This document shows positions 37,146 to 47,867 of a DNA stretch of 64,000 bases, piece after piece (position 1 is the first letter of the stretch; every line of letters starts with the position of its first letter). Where the stretch lies: the NCBI RefSeq assembly GCF_054482525.1, contig NZ_CM137006.1. One strand, 5' to 3'. The notes under the pieces are model-generated. The model had not been told where the DNA came from and did not search any database. It saw only the letters and a list, made by a program, of their open reading frames with translations. The translations under genes were made by a program, and so were the position numbers.

Positions 37146-39797
37146 ATGACAGCCTTTCGTGCCGCATTTAAGGCATATCGTATGCATCAGGTATTACTAC
37201 TGCCTCGCTTTGCACGGCTTACCATTGCCCTTGGCTTAGCAACTGCGGTTTTTCCCGTTGACGCAGAGTATTATTTTAATCCACGGTTTTTAAGCAATGA
37301 TCTTGCTGAATCTGTCGATTTATCCGCCTTTACTAAGGGACGCGAGGCACCACCTGGTACATATCGGGTCGACATTTATTTGAACGACGAATTTATGACT
37401 AGTCGGGATATTACTTTTATTGCAGATGATAATAATGCAGATCTCATCCCATGCCTGAGTACAGACCTTCTTGTCAGTCTTGGCATAAAAAAATCAGCAT
37501 TATTAGACAATAAGGAACATTCGGCAGAAAAACATGTGCCGGACAACAGCGCATGCACACCACTTCGGGATCGTTTGGCTGACGCATCATCTGAGTTTAA
37601 TGTTGGTCAGCAACATCTATCACTCTCCGTTCCGCAAATTTATGTTGGCAGAATGGCTCGCGGCTATGTTTCTCCTGATCTGTGGGAAGAAGGAATAAAT
37701 GCTGGGCTTCTAAACTATAGTTTTAATGGTAATTCTATTAATAATCGTAGTAACCATAATGCAGGAAAATCCAACTATGCATATTTGAATTTACAGAGTG
37801 GCATCAACATTGGTAGTTGGCGACTGCGCGATAACTCAACGTGGAGTTATAACAGTGGGATTAGCAATTCATCTGACAGCAATAAATGGCAGCATATCAA
37901 TACGTCGGCTGAACGTGACATTATTCCCTTACGCTCACGCTTAACGGTAGGTGATAGTTATACCGATGGCGATATTTTTGATAGTGTGAACTTTCGTGGC
38001 CTCAAAATAAATTCAACAGAAGCGATGTTGCCCGATAGCCAACATGGTTTCGCTCCGGTGATTCATGGTATTGCCCGCGGCACCGCACAAGTGAGTGTAA
38101 AACAGAATGGATACGATGTTTATCAGACTACTGTCCCACCCGGCCCTTTTACTATTAATGATATCAACTCTGCGGCCAATGGTGGTGATCTGCAAGTAAC
38201 CATAAAAGAGGCAGACGGCAGTATTCAGACATTATATGTTCCTTATTCGTCTGTTCCTGTTCTCCAACGTGCTGGATATACGCGTTATGCGCTTGCCATG
38301 GGGGAATATCGTAGTGGAAATAATCTGCAAAGCTCCCCCAAGTTCATACAAGGTAGCTTGATGCATGGGCTGGAAGGAAACTGGACACCTTATGGCGGAA
38401 TGCAAATTGCAGAAGATTATCAGGCCTTCAACCTTGGTATTGGTAAAGATTTAGGACTTTTTGGTGCCTTTTCTTTCGATATCACGCAGGCCAATACGAC
38501 ACTTGCAGATGGCACCCGTCACAGCGGGCAATCGATTAAATCCGTCTACAGCAAATCCTTCTACCAGACGGGAACCAATATCCAGGTCGCAGGATATCGC
38601 TATTCTACGCAAGGTTTTTATAACTTATCCGACAGTGCCTACAGTCGAATGAGTGGTTACACCGTCAAGCCTCCTACCGGAGACAGCAACGAGCAGACAC
38701 AATTTATTGATTATTTTAATCTGTTCTACAGTAAGCGTGGTCAGGAACAAATAAGCATCTCTCAGCAGCTTGGAAATTACGGTACGACATTTTTCAGTGC
38801 CAGTCGCCAAAGTTACTGGAACACGTCACGCAGCGACCAGCAAATATCATTTGGATTAAATGTGCCGTTTGGTGATATTACGACTTCGCTGAATTACAGC
38901 TATTCCAATAATATATGGCAAAACGATCGGGATCATTTACTTGCTTTTACGCTTAATGTTCCCTTCAGTCATTGGATGCGTACAGACAGTCAGTCGGCAT
39001 TTCGTAATTCAAACGCCAGTTACAGTGTGTCAAACGATTTGAAAGGCGGCATGACCAATCTATCGGGGGTTTATGGTACTCTGCTGCCGGATAATAACCT
39101 GAATTATAGCGTTCAGGTCGGTAACACCCACGGAGGTAATACATCGTCTGGCACCAGTGGTTACAGTTCTCTTAATTATCGTGGAGCTTACGGTAATACT
39201 AATGTCGGTTACAGTCGGAGTGGGGACAGCAGCCAGATTTATTACGGAATGAGTGGTGGCATTATTGCTCATGCTGATGGCATCACCTTTGGACAGCCGC
39301 TGGGCGACACAATGGTTCTGGTTAAGGCTCCTGGCGCTGATAATGTCAAAATAGAGAACCAGACCGGAATTCATACCGACTGGCGTGGCTATGCCATATT
39401 ACCATTTGCGACAGAATATAGAGAAAATCGTGTCGCTCTTAACGCGAATTCCCTTGCAGATAATGTTGAACTGGATGAAACCGTGGTCACTGTCATCCCA
39501 ACTCACGGTGCTATTGCCAGAGCAACATTTAATGCACAAATCGGCGGGAAAGTATTAATGACGTTGAAGTACGGTAATAAGAGCGTTCCATTCGGTGCAA
39601 TTGTCACACACGGAGAGAATAAAAATGGCAGCATTGTCGCGGAAAACGGTCAGGTTTATCTGACTGGACTTCCACAGTCAGGGAAATTACAGGTTTCATG
39701 GGGCAAAGATAAAAACTCAAACTGTATTGTCGAGTACAAGCTTCCTGAAGTTTCTCCTGGTACCTTACTGAACCAGCAGACAGCAATCTGTCGCTAA
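37146..39797 (+). CDS. ydeT: Outer-membrane fimbrial usher (FimD-like), intact
   Basis: 883 aa, usher family by size and sequence character (YFNPRFL motif near the N-terminus); recalled as a truncated pseudogene (ydeT) in K-12. Confidence 0.85.
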   Translation: MTAFRAAFKAYRMHQVLLLPRFARLTIALGLATAVFPVDAEYYFNPRFLSNDLAESVDLSAFTKGREAPPGTYRVDIYLNDEFMTSRDITFIADDNNADLIPCLSTDLLVSLGIKKSALLDNKEHSAEKHVPDNSACTPLRDRLADASSEFNVGQQHLSLSVPQIYVGRMARGYVSPDLWEEGINAGLLNYSFNGNSINNRSNHNAGKSNYAYLNLQSGINIGSWRLRDNSTWSYNSGISNSSDSNKWQHINTSAERDIIPLRSRLTVGDSYTDGDIFDSVNFRGLKINSTEAMLPDSQHGFAPVIHGIARGTAQVSVKQNGYDVYQTTVPPGPFTINDINSAANGGDLQVTIKEADGSIQTLYVPYSSVPVLQRAGYTRYALAMGEYRSGNNLQSSPKFIQGSLMHGLEGNWTPYGGMQIAEDYQAFNLGIGKDLGLFGAFSFDITQANTTLADGTRHSGQSIKSVYSKSFYQTGTNIQVAGYRYSTQGFYNLSDSAYSRMSGYTVKPPTGDSNEQTQFIDYFNLFYSKRGQEQISISQQLGNYGTTFFSASRQSYWNTSRSDQQISFGLNVPFGDITTSLNYSYSNNIWQNDRDHLLAFTLNVPFSHWMRTDSQSAFRNSNASYSVSNDLKGGMTNLSGVYGTLLPDNNLNYSVQVGNTHGGNTSSGTSGYSSLNYRGAYGNTNVGYSRSGDSSQIYYGMSGGIIAHADGITFGQPLGDTMVLVKAPGADNVKIENQTGIHTDWRGYAILPFATEYRENRVALNANSLADNVELDETVVTVIPTHGAIARATFNAQIGGKVLMTLKYGNKSVPFGAIVTHGENKNGSIVAENGQVYLTGLPQSGKLQVSWGKDKNSNCIVEYKLPEVSPGTLLNQQTAICR

Positions 39798-39810
39798 GGA
39801 ACAATAGATT

Positions 39811-40341
39811 ATGAAATACAATAACATTATTTTCCTCGGTTTATGTCTGGGGTTAACCACCTATTCTGCTTTATCCGCAGATAGCGTTATTAAAATTAGC
39901 GGGCGCGTCCTCGATTATGGCTGCACAGTCTCATCGGATTCGCTTAATTTTACCGTAGATCTCCAAAAAAACAGTGCCAGACAATTTCCAACGACCGGTA
40001 GCACAAGTCCAGCCGTCCCTTTTCAGATTACGTTAAGTGAATGCAGTAAAGGGACAACGGGGGTTCGGGTTGCATTTAACGGTATTGAGGATGCAGAAAA
40101 TAATACTCTGTTGAAACTGGATGAAGGAAGCAATACGGCCTCCGGTTTGGGTATAGAAATACTGGACGGAAATATGCGTCCGGTGAAATTGAATGACCTT
40201 CATGCCGGGATGCAGTGGATCCCACTGGTACCAGAACAGAACAATATTTTGCCTTACTCCGCTCGTCTGAAGTCAACTCAGAAGTCCGTCAATCCGGGAC
40301 TGGTGAGGGCTTCGGCAACCTTTACCCTTGAATTTCAATAA
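39811..40341 (+). CDS. ydeS: Fimbrial minor subunit
   Basis: 176 aa with signal peptide; size and order match K-12 ydeS. Confidence 0.8.
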   Translation: MKYNNIIFLGLCLGLTTYSALSADSVIKISGRVLDYGCTVSSDSLNFTVDLQKNSARQFPTTGSTSPAVPFQITLSECSKGTTGVRVAFNGIEDAENNTLLKLDEGSNTASGLGIEILDGNMRPVKLNDLHAGMQWIPLVPEQNNILPYSARLKSTQKSVNPGLVRASATFTLEFQ

Positions 40342-40353
40342 TCAGAGTCAGAT

Positions 40354-40857
40354 ATGAAAAGACTTCACAAGAGGTTCCTGTTAGCTACGTTTTGCGCGTT
40401 ATTCACAGCAACTCTCCAGGCCGCCGATGTCACTATCACTGTTAATGGTCGGGTAGTCGCTAAACCCTGCACTATTCAAACCAAAGAAGCTAACGTTAAT
40501 CTCGGGGATCTTTATACGCGCAATCTGCAACAACCTGGTTCTGCATCAGGGTGGCACAATATTACTTTGTCATTAACCGATTGTCCGGTTGAAACAAGTG
40601 CAGTGACGGCAATCGTGACAGGTTCAACTGACAATACGGGTTATTACAAAAATGAAGGTACTGCCGAAAATATTCAGATAGAGCTAAGGGATGACCAGGA
40701 TGCGACGTTAAAAAATGGCGATAGCAAAACGGTTATTGTTGATGAGATCACTCGTAATGCACAGTTTCCACTTAAGGCAAGAGCTATCACGGTGAATGGA
40801 AACGCAAGCCAGGGAACGATCGAGGCGCTAATCAATGTGATCTACACCTGGCAATAA
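40354..40857 (+). CDS. ydeR: Fimbrial minor subunit
   Basis: 167 aa with signal peptide; size and order match K-12 ydeR. Confidence 0.8.
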   Translation: MKRLHKRFLLATFCALFTATLQAADVTITVNGRVVAKPCTIQTKEANVNLGDLYTRNLQQPGSASGWHNITLSLTDCPVETSAVTAIVTGSTDNTGYYKNEGTAENIQIELRDDQDATLKNGDSKTVIVDEITRNAQFPLKARAITVNGNASQGTIEALINVIYTWQ

Positions 40858-40916
40858 CGTCGATTCGATTTTCTTAGCCTCCTTTTTAAATCAATTTTTT
40901 AACCTTAGGATATATC

Positions 40917-41831
40917 ATGGGTAAAACAATAAGTATGAAGCTTCTGTTCGGTATTTATCTTCTATTAATGGCAGGCAAAGTTTTTGCCTTCAGTTGTAAT
41001 GTCGATGGCGGGTCAAGTATTGGAGCAGGTACAACCTCTGTTTATGTTAATCTCGACCCTGTAATACAACCGGGCCAGAATCTGGTTGTAGACTTGTCTC
41101 AGCATATAAGTTGCTGGAATGATTACGGCGGCTGGTACGACACTGATCATATAAACCTGGTACAAGGCTCAGCTTTCGCAGGCTCTCTACAGTCATATAA
41201 AGGATCGCTGTACTGGAATAATGTGACCTACCCCTTCCCGTTGACGACAAATACTAATGTATTAGATATTGGTGATAAGACACCGATGCCATTACCGTTA
41301 AAACTCTATATTACCCCAGTCGGGGCGGCCGGTGGAGTTGTCATAAAAGCCGGGGAAGTTATTGCCCGTATTCATATGTATAAAATTGCCACGTTAGGAA
41401 GCGGAAATCCGCGTAATTTTACGTGGAATATTATTTCAAATAACAGTGTTGTTATGCCAACAGGCGGCTGCACTGTTGATAGTCGTAATGTCACCGTGAA
41501 TCTCCCGGACTTTCCTGGAAGCGCAGAAATACCCCTTGGCGTATATTGCTCAAGCGAACAAAAGCTCTCATTTTATCTTTCGGGTGCCACCACTGACAGT
41601 GCCCGACAAGTGTTTGCTAACACAGCACCAGATGCAACAAAAGCATCGGGAGTGGGTGTCTCTCTGATGCGTAATGGAAAAATACTGGCTACGGGAGAAA
41701 ACGTCTCCCTGGGGACAGTAAATAAAAGCAAAGTACCTCTGGGTTTAAGCGCAACCTATGGACAAACAGGAAACAAGGTTGCAGCCGGAACAGTTCAGTC
41801 AGTCATTGGTGTCACTTTTATCTATGAATAA
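40917..41831 (+). CDS. ydeQ: FimH-like two-domain fimbrial tip adhesin
   Basis: 304 aa with signal peptide; adhesin-sized last gene of the operon; size matches K-12 ydeQ. Confidence 0.8.
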   Translation: MGKTISMKLLFGIYLLLMAGKVFAFSCNVDGGSSIGAGTTSVYVNLDPVIQPGQNLVVDLSQHISCWNDYGGWYDTDHINLVQGSAFAGSLQSYKGSLYWNNVTYPFPLTTNTNVLDIGDKTPMPLPLKLYITPVGAAGGVVIKAGEVIARIHMYKIATLGSGNPRNFTWNIISNNSVVMPTGGCTVDSRNVTVNLPDFPGSAEIPLGVYCSSEQKLSFYLSGATTDSARQVFANTAPDATKASGVGVSLMRNGKILATGENVSLGTVNKSKVPLGLSATYGQTGNKVAAGTVQSVIGVTFIYE

Positions 41832-41903
41832 TTGTGATTTTGACATTAGTCTATGCGTTCCATTCACGAAAATTGTGCGGATAATTATTTTGTGAAGGCT
41901 ATT

Positions 41904-41921
41904 ATCCTACACTTGTAAGAA
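41904..41921. promoter_or_regulatory. EvgA-box-like inverted repeat upstream of ydeP
   Basis: ATCCTACA-CT-TGTAAGAA resembles the recalled EvgA consensus TTCYTACA-N2-TGTARGAA; ydeP is a known EvgA target. Confidence 0.5.
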
Positions 41922-42169
41922 AATCCGCGCACAATTGAAGCCAGAGTCTTATTTTTTATATTGAAAAACATGTTAATTTAAACACTATGAGAGATGATGC
42001 TTAACTTATCGTATTTATACCATTCTATTATTTAACGATAATAGGTTAAAAATAGATAGAGAGTAGTCCCCTACTCTTATATATCCATATTGACGATAAT
42101 CCCTTTGTATATACTGTGCATCATCGCTATTACAAATCCTAATAATTCATTTCCACACAGGATAAGCAG

Positions 42170-44449
42170 ATGAAGAAAAAAATTGAATCCTACCAGGGAG
42201 CTGCCGGTGGATGGGGTGCTGTTAAATCCGTAGCAAATGCAGTACGTAAGCAGATGGATATACGCCAGGATGTTATTGCCATGTTTGACATGAATAAGCC
42301 AGAGGGCTTTGACTGTCCGGGATGTGCATGGCCAGATCCTAAGCACAGTGCGTCATTCGACATTTGTGAAAACGGCGCAAAAGCAATCGCCTGGGAAGTC
42401 ACGGATAAGCAGGTAAATGCCTCTTTCTTTGCTGAGAATACGGTTCAATCATTACTTACCTGGGGAGATCACGAGCTTGAGGCTGCGGGGCGTCTCACCC
42501 AGCCTTTGAAATATGATGCCGTCAGCGACTGTTACAAGCCATTAAGCTGGCAACAAGCTTTCGACGAAATTGGCGAACGCCTTCAAAGCTATAGTGATCC
42601 CAATCAGGTTGAATTCTATACTTCGGGCCGCACTTCCAATGAAGCTGCCTTTCTTTATCAGCTTTTTGCTCGTGAATACGGGAGCAATAACTTCCCCGAC
42701 TGCTCCAACATGTGCCATGAACCGACCAGTGTGGGTTTGGCAGCGAGTATCGGTGTAGGTAAAGGGACCGTGTTGCTGGAAGACTTTGAGAAATGCGATT
42801 TAGTCATTTGCATTGGGCATAACCCTGGTACAAACCACCCTCGCATGTTGACTTCGTTGCGCGCTTTAGTGAAACGGGGAGCGAAAATGATCGCCATCAA
42901 TCCTCTACAGGAACGTGGCCTGGAGCGATTTACCGCACCGCAAAACCCGTTTGAAATGCTGACGAACTCTGAGACTCAGTTGGCCAGTGCCTACTACAAC
43001 GTGCGCATTGGTGGTGATATGGCGTTGCTCAAGGGGATGATGCGCCTGTTAATTGAGCGCGATGATGCTGCAAGCGCCGCAGGTCGGCCCTCATTGCTGG
43101 ATGACGAATTTATTCAAACGCATACCGTCGGCTTTGACGAGCTACGCCGTGACGTTCTCAATTCCGAGTGGAAAGATATCGAGCGTATTTCTGGACTAAG
43201 TCAGACTCAAATCGCCGAACTGGCTGATGCATATGCCGCTGCCGAACGCACCATTATCTGTTACGGAATGGGGATCACTCAGCACGAACATGGTACCCAG
43301 AATGTACAGCAACTGGTCAATCTGCTGTTGATGAAAGGTAACATTGGCAAGCCTGGTGCGGGTATCTGCCCACTACGAGGTCACTCTAATGTACAGGGCG
43401 ACCGAACCGTCGGTATCACCGAGAAACCGTCTGCAGAGTTTCTGGCTCGCCTGGGTGAGCGCTATGGTTTCACCCCACCTCATGCACCTGGACATGCTGC
43501 AATTGCCAGCATGCAAGCAATATGTACGGGGCAGGCTCGAGCATTGATCTGCATGGGGGGCAACTTTGCACTGGCAATGCCAGATCGGGAAGCGAGCGCT
43601 GTACCGTTAACGCAATTAGATTTGGCGGTACACGTAGCCACTAAGCTTAACCGCTCTCATCTGCTGACCGCACAGCATAGCTATATTCTGCCGGTTCTTG
43701 GGCGTAGCGAGATTGACATGCAAAAAAGCGGTGCGCAGGCGGTAACCGTTGAGGATTCAATGTCGATGATTCATGCCTCGCGTGGCGTGTTAAAACCCGC
43801 CGGTGTAATGCTGAAATCAGAGTGTGCAGTGGTCGCGGGTATCGCGCAGGCGGCACTACCCCAGAGCGTGGTAGCCTGGGAGTATCTGGTGGAAGATTAT
43901 GATCGCATTCGCAATGACATTGAAGCTGTGCTGCCAGAATTCGCCGACTATAACCAGCGCATCCGACATCCTGGAGGTTTTCACCTGATAAACGCAGCTG
44001 CTGAAAGGCGCTGGAGGACGTCGTCAGGTAAGGCTAATTTCATTACCAGCAAAGGGCTGTTAGAAGATCCCTCTTCAGCGTTTAACAGTAAGCTGGTCAT
44101 GGCGACAGTGCGCAGTCACGATCAGTACAATACGACGATTTATGGTATGGATGATCGCTATCGAGGGGTATTCGGTCAACGAGATGTGGTCTTTATGAGT
44201 GCTAAACAAGCTAAAATTTGCCGTGTGAAAAACGGCGAAAGAGTTAATCTTATTGCGCTCACGCCAGACGGTAAGCGCAGCTCACGCCGCATGGATAGAT
44301 TAAAAGTGGTCATTTACCCTATGGCTGACCGCTCACTGGTGACCTATTTTCCAGAATCGAATCACATGCTAACACTTGATAACCACGATCCATTAAGTGG
44401 CATTCCTGGCTATAAAAGTATTCCGGTTGAATTAGAACCATCAAATTAA
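42170..44449 (+). CDS. ydeP: Acid-resistance-associated molybdopterin oxidoreductase YdeP
   Basis: 759 aa; N-terminal Cys motif [11 protein letters not shown]; formate-dehydrogenase-like family; size and sequence match E. coli YdeP as recalled. Confidence 0.9.
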   Translation: MKKKIESYQGAAGGWGAVKSVANAVRKQMDIRQDVIAMFDMNKPEGFDCPGCAWPDPKHSASFDICENGAKAIAWEVTDKQVNASFFAENTVQSLLTWGDHELEAAGRLTQPLKYDAVSDCYKPLSWQQAFDEIGERLQSYSDPNQVEFYTSGRTSNEAAFLYQLFAREYGSNNFPDCSNMCHEPTSVGLAASIGVGKGTVLLEDFEKCDLVICIGHNPGTNHPRMLTSLRALVKRGAKMIAINPLQERGLERFTAPQNPFEMLTNSETQLASAYYNVRIGGDMALLKGMMRLLIERDDAASAAGRPSLLDDEFIQTHTVGFDELRRDVLNSEWKDIERISGLSQTQIAELADAYAAAERTIICYGMGITQHEHGTQNVQQLVNLLLMKGNIGKPGAGICPLRGHSNVQGDRTVGITEKPSAEFLARLGERYGFTPPHAPGHAAIASMQAICTGQARALICMGGNFALAMPDREASAVPLTQLDLAVHVATKLNRSHLLTAQHSYILPVLGRSEIDMQKSGAQAVTVEDSMSMIHASRGVLKPAGVMLKSECAVVAGIAQAALPQSVVAWEYLVEDYDRIRNDIEAVLPEFADYNQRIRHPGGFHLINAAAERRWRTSSGKANFITSKGLLEDPSSAFNSKLVMATVRSHDQYNTTIYGMDDRYRGVFGQRDVVFMSAKQAKICRVKNGERVNLIALTPDGKRSSRRMDRLKVVIYPMADRSLVTYFPESNHMLTLDNHDPLSGIPGYKSIPVELEPSN

Positions 44450-44462
44450 TTCGCCTCCTCAT

Positions 44463-44493
44463 TTCTTCTGCTGTCATCCGCACAGCAGAAGAA
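44463..44493 (+). terminator. Stem-loop after ydeP (12-bp perfect stem)
   Basis: TTCTTCTGCTGT-catccgc-ACAGCAGAAGAA followed by T-rich sequence. Confidence 0.55.
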
Positions 44494-44568
44494 TTCCTCA
44501 TTGACCATTGTCGCGCAATTTACTCACATGTGCTAAATTAAACTGCTCGCTATAAGATATATACCTCC

Positions 44569-44585
44569 GCCTACAGCTGTAAGAA
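44569..44585. promoter_or_regulatory. EvgA-box-like inverted repeat upstream of safA-ydeO
   Basis: GCCTACA-GC-TGTAAGAA; safA-ydeO is a known EvgA-activated operon. Confidence 0.5.
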
Positions 44586-44696
44586 ACTCCGCTCAGTACT
44601 GAAGCGCCAATCCTATTTCCTCTTTTCTCCAGCCTGTTATATTAAGCATACTGATTAACGATGCTTAACGTTATTCGCTTAATAAACACATTTGAA

Positions 44697-44894
44697 ATGC
44701 ATGCGACCATAGTGAAAAATAAAATCACGCAAAGAGACAACTATAAAGAGATCATGTTTGTAATTGTGGTTGTCTTATTATTGACACTTACGTTGATAGC
44801 CATTTTTTCGGCGATTGATCAGCTGGGTATTTCAGGAATGGGTCGCATTGCAAGAGATATTACACATTTCATTATCAATAGTTTGCAAGACTGA
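44697..44894 (+). CDS. safA: Small membrane protein SafA (sensor-associated factor linking EvgS/EvgA to PhoQ/PhoP)
   Basis: 65 aa from MHATIVKNKITQRDNYKEIM with a single TM segment; matches K-12 SafA (b1500) as recalled; ORF-track ORF 44661-44894 trimmed to the homologous start. Confidence 0.8.
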   Translation: MHATIVKNKITQRDNYKEIMFVIVVVLLLTLTLIAIFSAIDQLGISGMGRIARDITHFIINSLQD

Positions 44895-44968
44895 AAATAA
44901 ACAGCAAATTATAAATATGAGATGTTAAAAATGTATCGATAAAAACTTTATTGTTTTAAGGAGATAAA

Positions 44969-45730
44969 ATGTCGCTCGTTTGTTCTGTTATATTTATTCA
45001 TCATGCCTTCAACGCTAACATTTTAGATAAAGATTACGCCTTCTCTGACGGCGAGATCCTGATGGTAGATAACGCTGTTCGTACGCATTTTGAACCTTAT
45101 GAGCGGCATTTCAAAGAAATCGGATTTAATGAAAACACCATTAAAAAATATCTACAATGCACTAACATTCAGACAGTGACGGTGCCTGTTCCTGCGAAGT
45201 TTTTACGTGCTTCAAATGTACCGACTGGATTGCTTAATGAAATGATTGCTTATCTCAACTCGGAAGAACGCAATCATCATAATTTTTCAGAACTTTTGCT
45301 TTTTTCCTGCCTGTCTATTTTTGCCGCATGCAAAGGTTTCATTACACTATTAACTAACGGTGTGCTATCCGTTTCCGGGAAAGTGAGAAATATTGTCAAT
45401 ATGAAGCTGGCGCACCCATGGAAACTGAAAGATATTTGTGACTGCCTGTACATCAGTGAAAGCCTGCTCAAGAAAAAACTAAAGCAAGAGCAAACGACAT
45501 TCTCACAGATTCTTTTAGATGCCAGAATGCAGCACGCAAAAAATTTGATACGCGTAGAAGGTTCAGTCAATAAAATTGCCGAGCAATGTGGTTATGCCAG
45601 TACATCTTATTTTATTTATGCGTTCCGCAAACATTTCGGCAACAGTCCGAAGAGAGTTTCTAAGGAGTACCGTTGTCAAAGGCACACGGGAATAAATACG
45701 GGCAACACGATGAATGCTTTAGCTATTTGA
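44969..45730 (+). CDS. ydeO: AraC-family acid-resistance regulator YdeO
   Basis: 253 aa; C-terminal AraC HTH (GYASTSYFIYAFRKHFGNSP); conserved position after safA. Confidence 0.9.
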   Translation: MSLVCSVIFIHHAFNANILDKDYAFSDGEILMVDNAVRTHFEPYERHFKEIGFNENTIKKYLQCTNIQTVTVPVPAKFLRASNVPTGLLNEMIAYLNSEERNHHNFSELLLFSCLSIFAACKGFITLLTNGVLSVSGKVRNIVNMKLAHPWKLKDICDCLYISESLLKKKLKQEQTTFSQILLDARMQHAKNLIRVEGSVNKIAEQCGYASTSYFIYAFRKHFGNSPKRVSKEYRCQRHTGINTGNTMNALAI

Positions 45731-45779
45731 TTATTTGCTAACGAGTAGTCAACCACGCACCCTACGTAAAAATTAAAAC

Positions 45780-45800
45780 GGGGCAGCCATTCCCTGCCCC
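45780..45800 (+). terminator. Rho-independent terminator after ydeO
   Basis: GGGGCAG-ccattcc-CTGCCCC followed by GCGTTGTTTT. Confidence 0.6.
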
Positions 45801-46133
45801 GCGTTGTTTTCAGGCGATATATTTTCATGAGATAAATAAGTGACAGCCGTCACATATTTATGCATTTGCATAACTTGTTGCATGATTATTTATGATCTCA
45901 ATTCTGAATTTTGTCAGTAAAATATAATATATTATTAAATATCAATGGATTAGATGTTTATCAGCGAGAAATTACTTAGTAGAACAGAAAGTAATGTCAA
46001 CGCTTTATGGACTGTTATTTCCCTTTTTTTAGCTAAATCTGCTATCTCTTTATGTGACTAACTTCACTTACATCCACTTATTTCTCTTCGTAAAATTACT
46101 TTGGAATTAAGTACAATAAGAAGAGGAACATTT

Positions 46134-47816
46134 ATGAAGTCTGCATTAAAGAAAAGTGTCGTAAGTACCTCGATATCTTTGATACTGGCATCTGGTATGG
46201 CTGCATTTGCTGCTCATGCGGCAGATGATGTAAAGCTGAAAGCAACCAAAACAAACGTTGCTTTCTCAGACTTTACGCCGACTGAATACAGTACCAAGGG
46301 AAAGCCAAATATTATCGTACTGACTATGGATGATCTTGGTTATGGACAACTTCCTTTTGATAAGGAATCTTTTGACCCAAAAACAATGGAAAATCGTGAA
46401 GTTGTCGATACCTACAAAATAGGGATAGATAAAGCCATTGAAGCTGCGCAAAAATCAACGCCGACGCTCCTTTCATTAATGGATGAAGGCGTACGTTTTA
46501 CTAACGGCTATGTGGCGCACGGTGTTTCCGGCCCCTCCCGCGCCGCAATAATGACCGGTCGAGCGCCCGCCCGCTTTGGTGTCTATTCCAATACCGATGC
46601 TCAGGATGGTATTCCGCTAACAGAAACTTTCTTGCCTGAATTATTCCAGAATCATGGTTATTACACTGCAGCAGTAGGTAAATGGCACTTGTCAAAAATC
46701 AGTAATGTGCCGGTACCGGAAGATAAACAAACGCGTGACTATCATGACAACTTCACCACATTTTCTGCGGAAGAATGGCAACCGCAAAACCGTGGCTTTG
46801 ATTACTTTATGGGATTCCACGCTGCAGGAACGGCATATTACAACTCCCCTTCACTGTTCAAAAACCGTGAACGCGTCCCCGCAAAAGGTTATATTAGCGA
46901 TCAGTTAACCGATGAGGCAATTGGCGTTGTTGATCGTGCCAAAACACTTGACCAGCCTTTTATGCTTTACCTGGCTTATAATGCTCCGCATCTGCCAAAT
47001 GATAATCCTGCACCGGAGCAATATCAGAAGCAATTTAATACCGGTAGTCAAACAGCAGATAACTACTACGCTTCCGTTTATTCTGTTGATCAGGGTGTAA
47101 AACGCATTCTCGAACAACTGAAGAAAAACGGACAGTATGACAATACAATTATTCTCTTTACCTCCGATAATGGTGCGGTTATCGATGGTCCTCTGCCGCT
47201 GAACGGGGCGCAAAAAGGCTATAAGAGTCAGACCTATCCTGGCGGTACTCACACCCCAATGTTTATGTGGTGGAAAGGAAAACTTCAACCCGGTAATTAT
47301 GACAAGCTGATTTCCGCAATGGATTTCTACCCGACAGCTCTTGATGCAGCCGATATCAGCATTCCAAAAGACCTTAAGCTGGATGGCGTTTCCTTGCTGC
47401 CCTGGTTGCAAGATAAGAAACAAGGTGAGCCACATAAAAATCTGACCTGGATAACCTCTTATTCTCACTGGTTTGATGAGGAAAATATTCCCTTCTGGGA
47501 TAATTACCACAAATTTGTCCGCCATCAGTCAGACGATTACCCGCATAACCCCAACACCGAAGATTTAAGCCAATTCTCTTATACGGTGAGAAATAACGAT
47601 TATTCGCTAGTCTATACAGTAGAAAACAATCAGTTAGGTCTCTACAAACTGACGGATCTACAGCAAAAAGATAACCTTGCCGCCGCCAATCCGCAGGTCG
47701 TTAAAGAGATGCAAGGCGTGGTAAGAGAGTTTATCGACAGCAGCCAACCACCGCTTAGCGAGGTAAATCAGGAGAAGTTTAACAATATCAAGAAAGCACT
47801 AAGCGAAGCGAAATAA
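46134..47816 (+). CDS. ydeN: Putative sulfatase YdeN
   Basis: 560 aa from MKSALKK (AAGAGGA Shine-Dalgarno); signal peptide; sulfatase motif region SGPSRAAIMTGR; ORF-track start 46101 trimmed. Confidence 0.85.
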   Translation: MKSALKKSVVSTSISLILASGMAAFAAHAADDVKLKATKTNVAFSDFTPTEYSTKGKPNIIVLTMDDLGYGQLPFDKESFDPKTMENREVVDTYKIGIDKAIEAAQKSTPTLLSLMDEGVRFTNGYVAHGVSGPSRAAIMTGRAPARFGVYSNTDAQDGIPLTETFLPELFQNHGYYTAAVGKWHLSKISNVPVPEDKQTRDYHDNFTTFSAEEWQPQNRGFDYFMGFHAAGTAYYNSPSLFKNRERVPAKGYISDQLTDEAIGVVDRAKTLDQPFMLYLAYNAPHLPNDNPAPEQYQKQFNTGSQTADNYYASVYSVDQGVKRILEQLKKNGQYDNTIILFTSDNGAVIDGPLPLNGAQKGYKSQTYPGGTHTPMFMWWKGKLQPGNYDKLISAMDFYPTALDAADISIPKDLKLDGVSLLPWLQDKKQGEPHKNLTWITSYSHWFDEENIPFWDNYHKFVRHQSDDYPHNPNTEDLSQFSYTVRNNDYSLVYTVENNQLGLYKLTDLQQKDNLAAANPQVVKEMQGVVREFIDSSQPPLSEVNQEKFNNIKKALSEAK

Positions 47817-47828
47817 CTAAACCTTCAT

Positions 47829-47848
47829 GCGGCGGATTTTTCCGCCGC
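47829..47848 (+). terminator. Stem-loop between ydeN and ydeM
   Basis: GCGGCGGA-tttt-TCCGCCGC; weak T-run, so function uncertain. Confidence 0.35.
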
Positions 47849-47867
47849 CTTATTGAGCGAGATAGCG

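Noticed and set aside
46905-47525. 206-aa minus-strand ORF inside ydeN
   Set aside because: Antisense to a well-supported sulfatase gene; no start signals.
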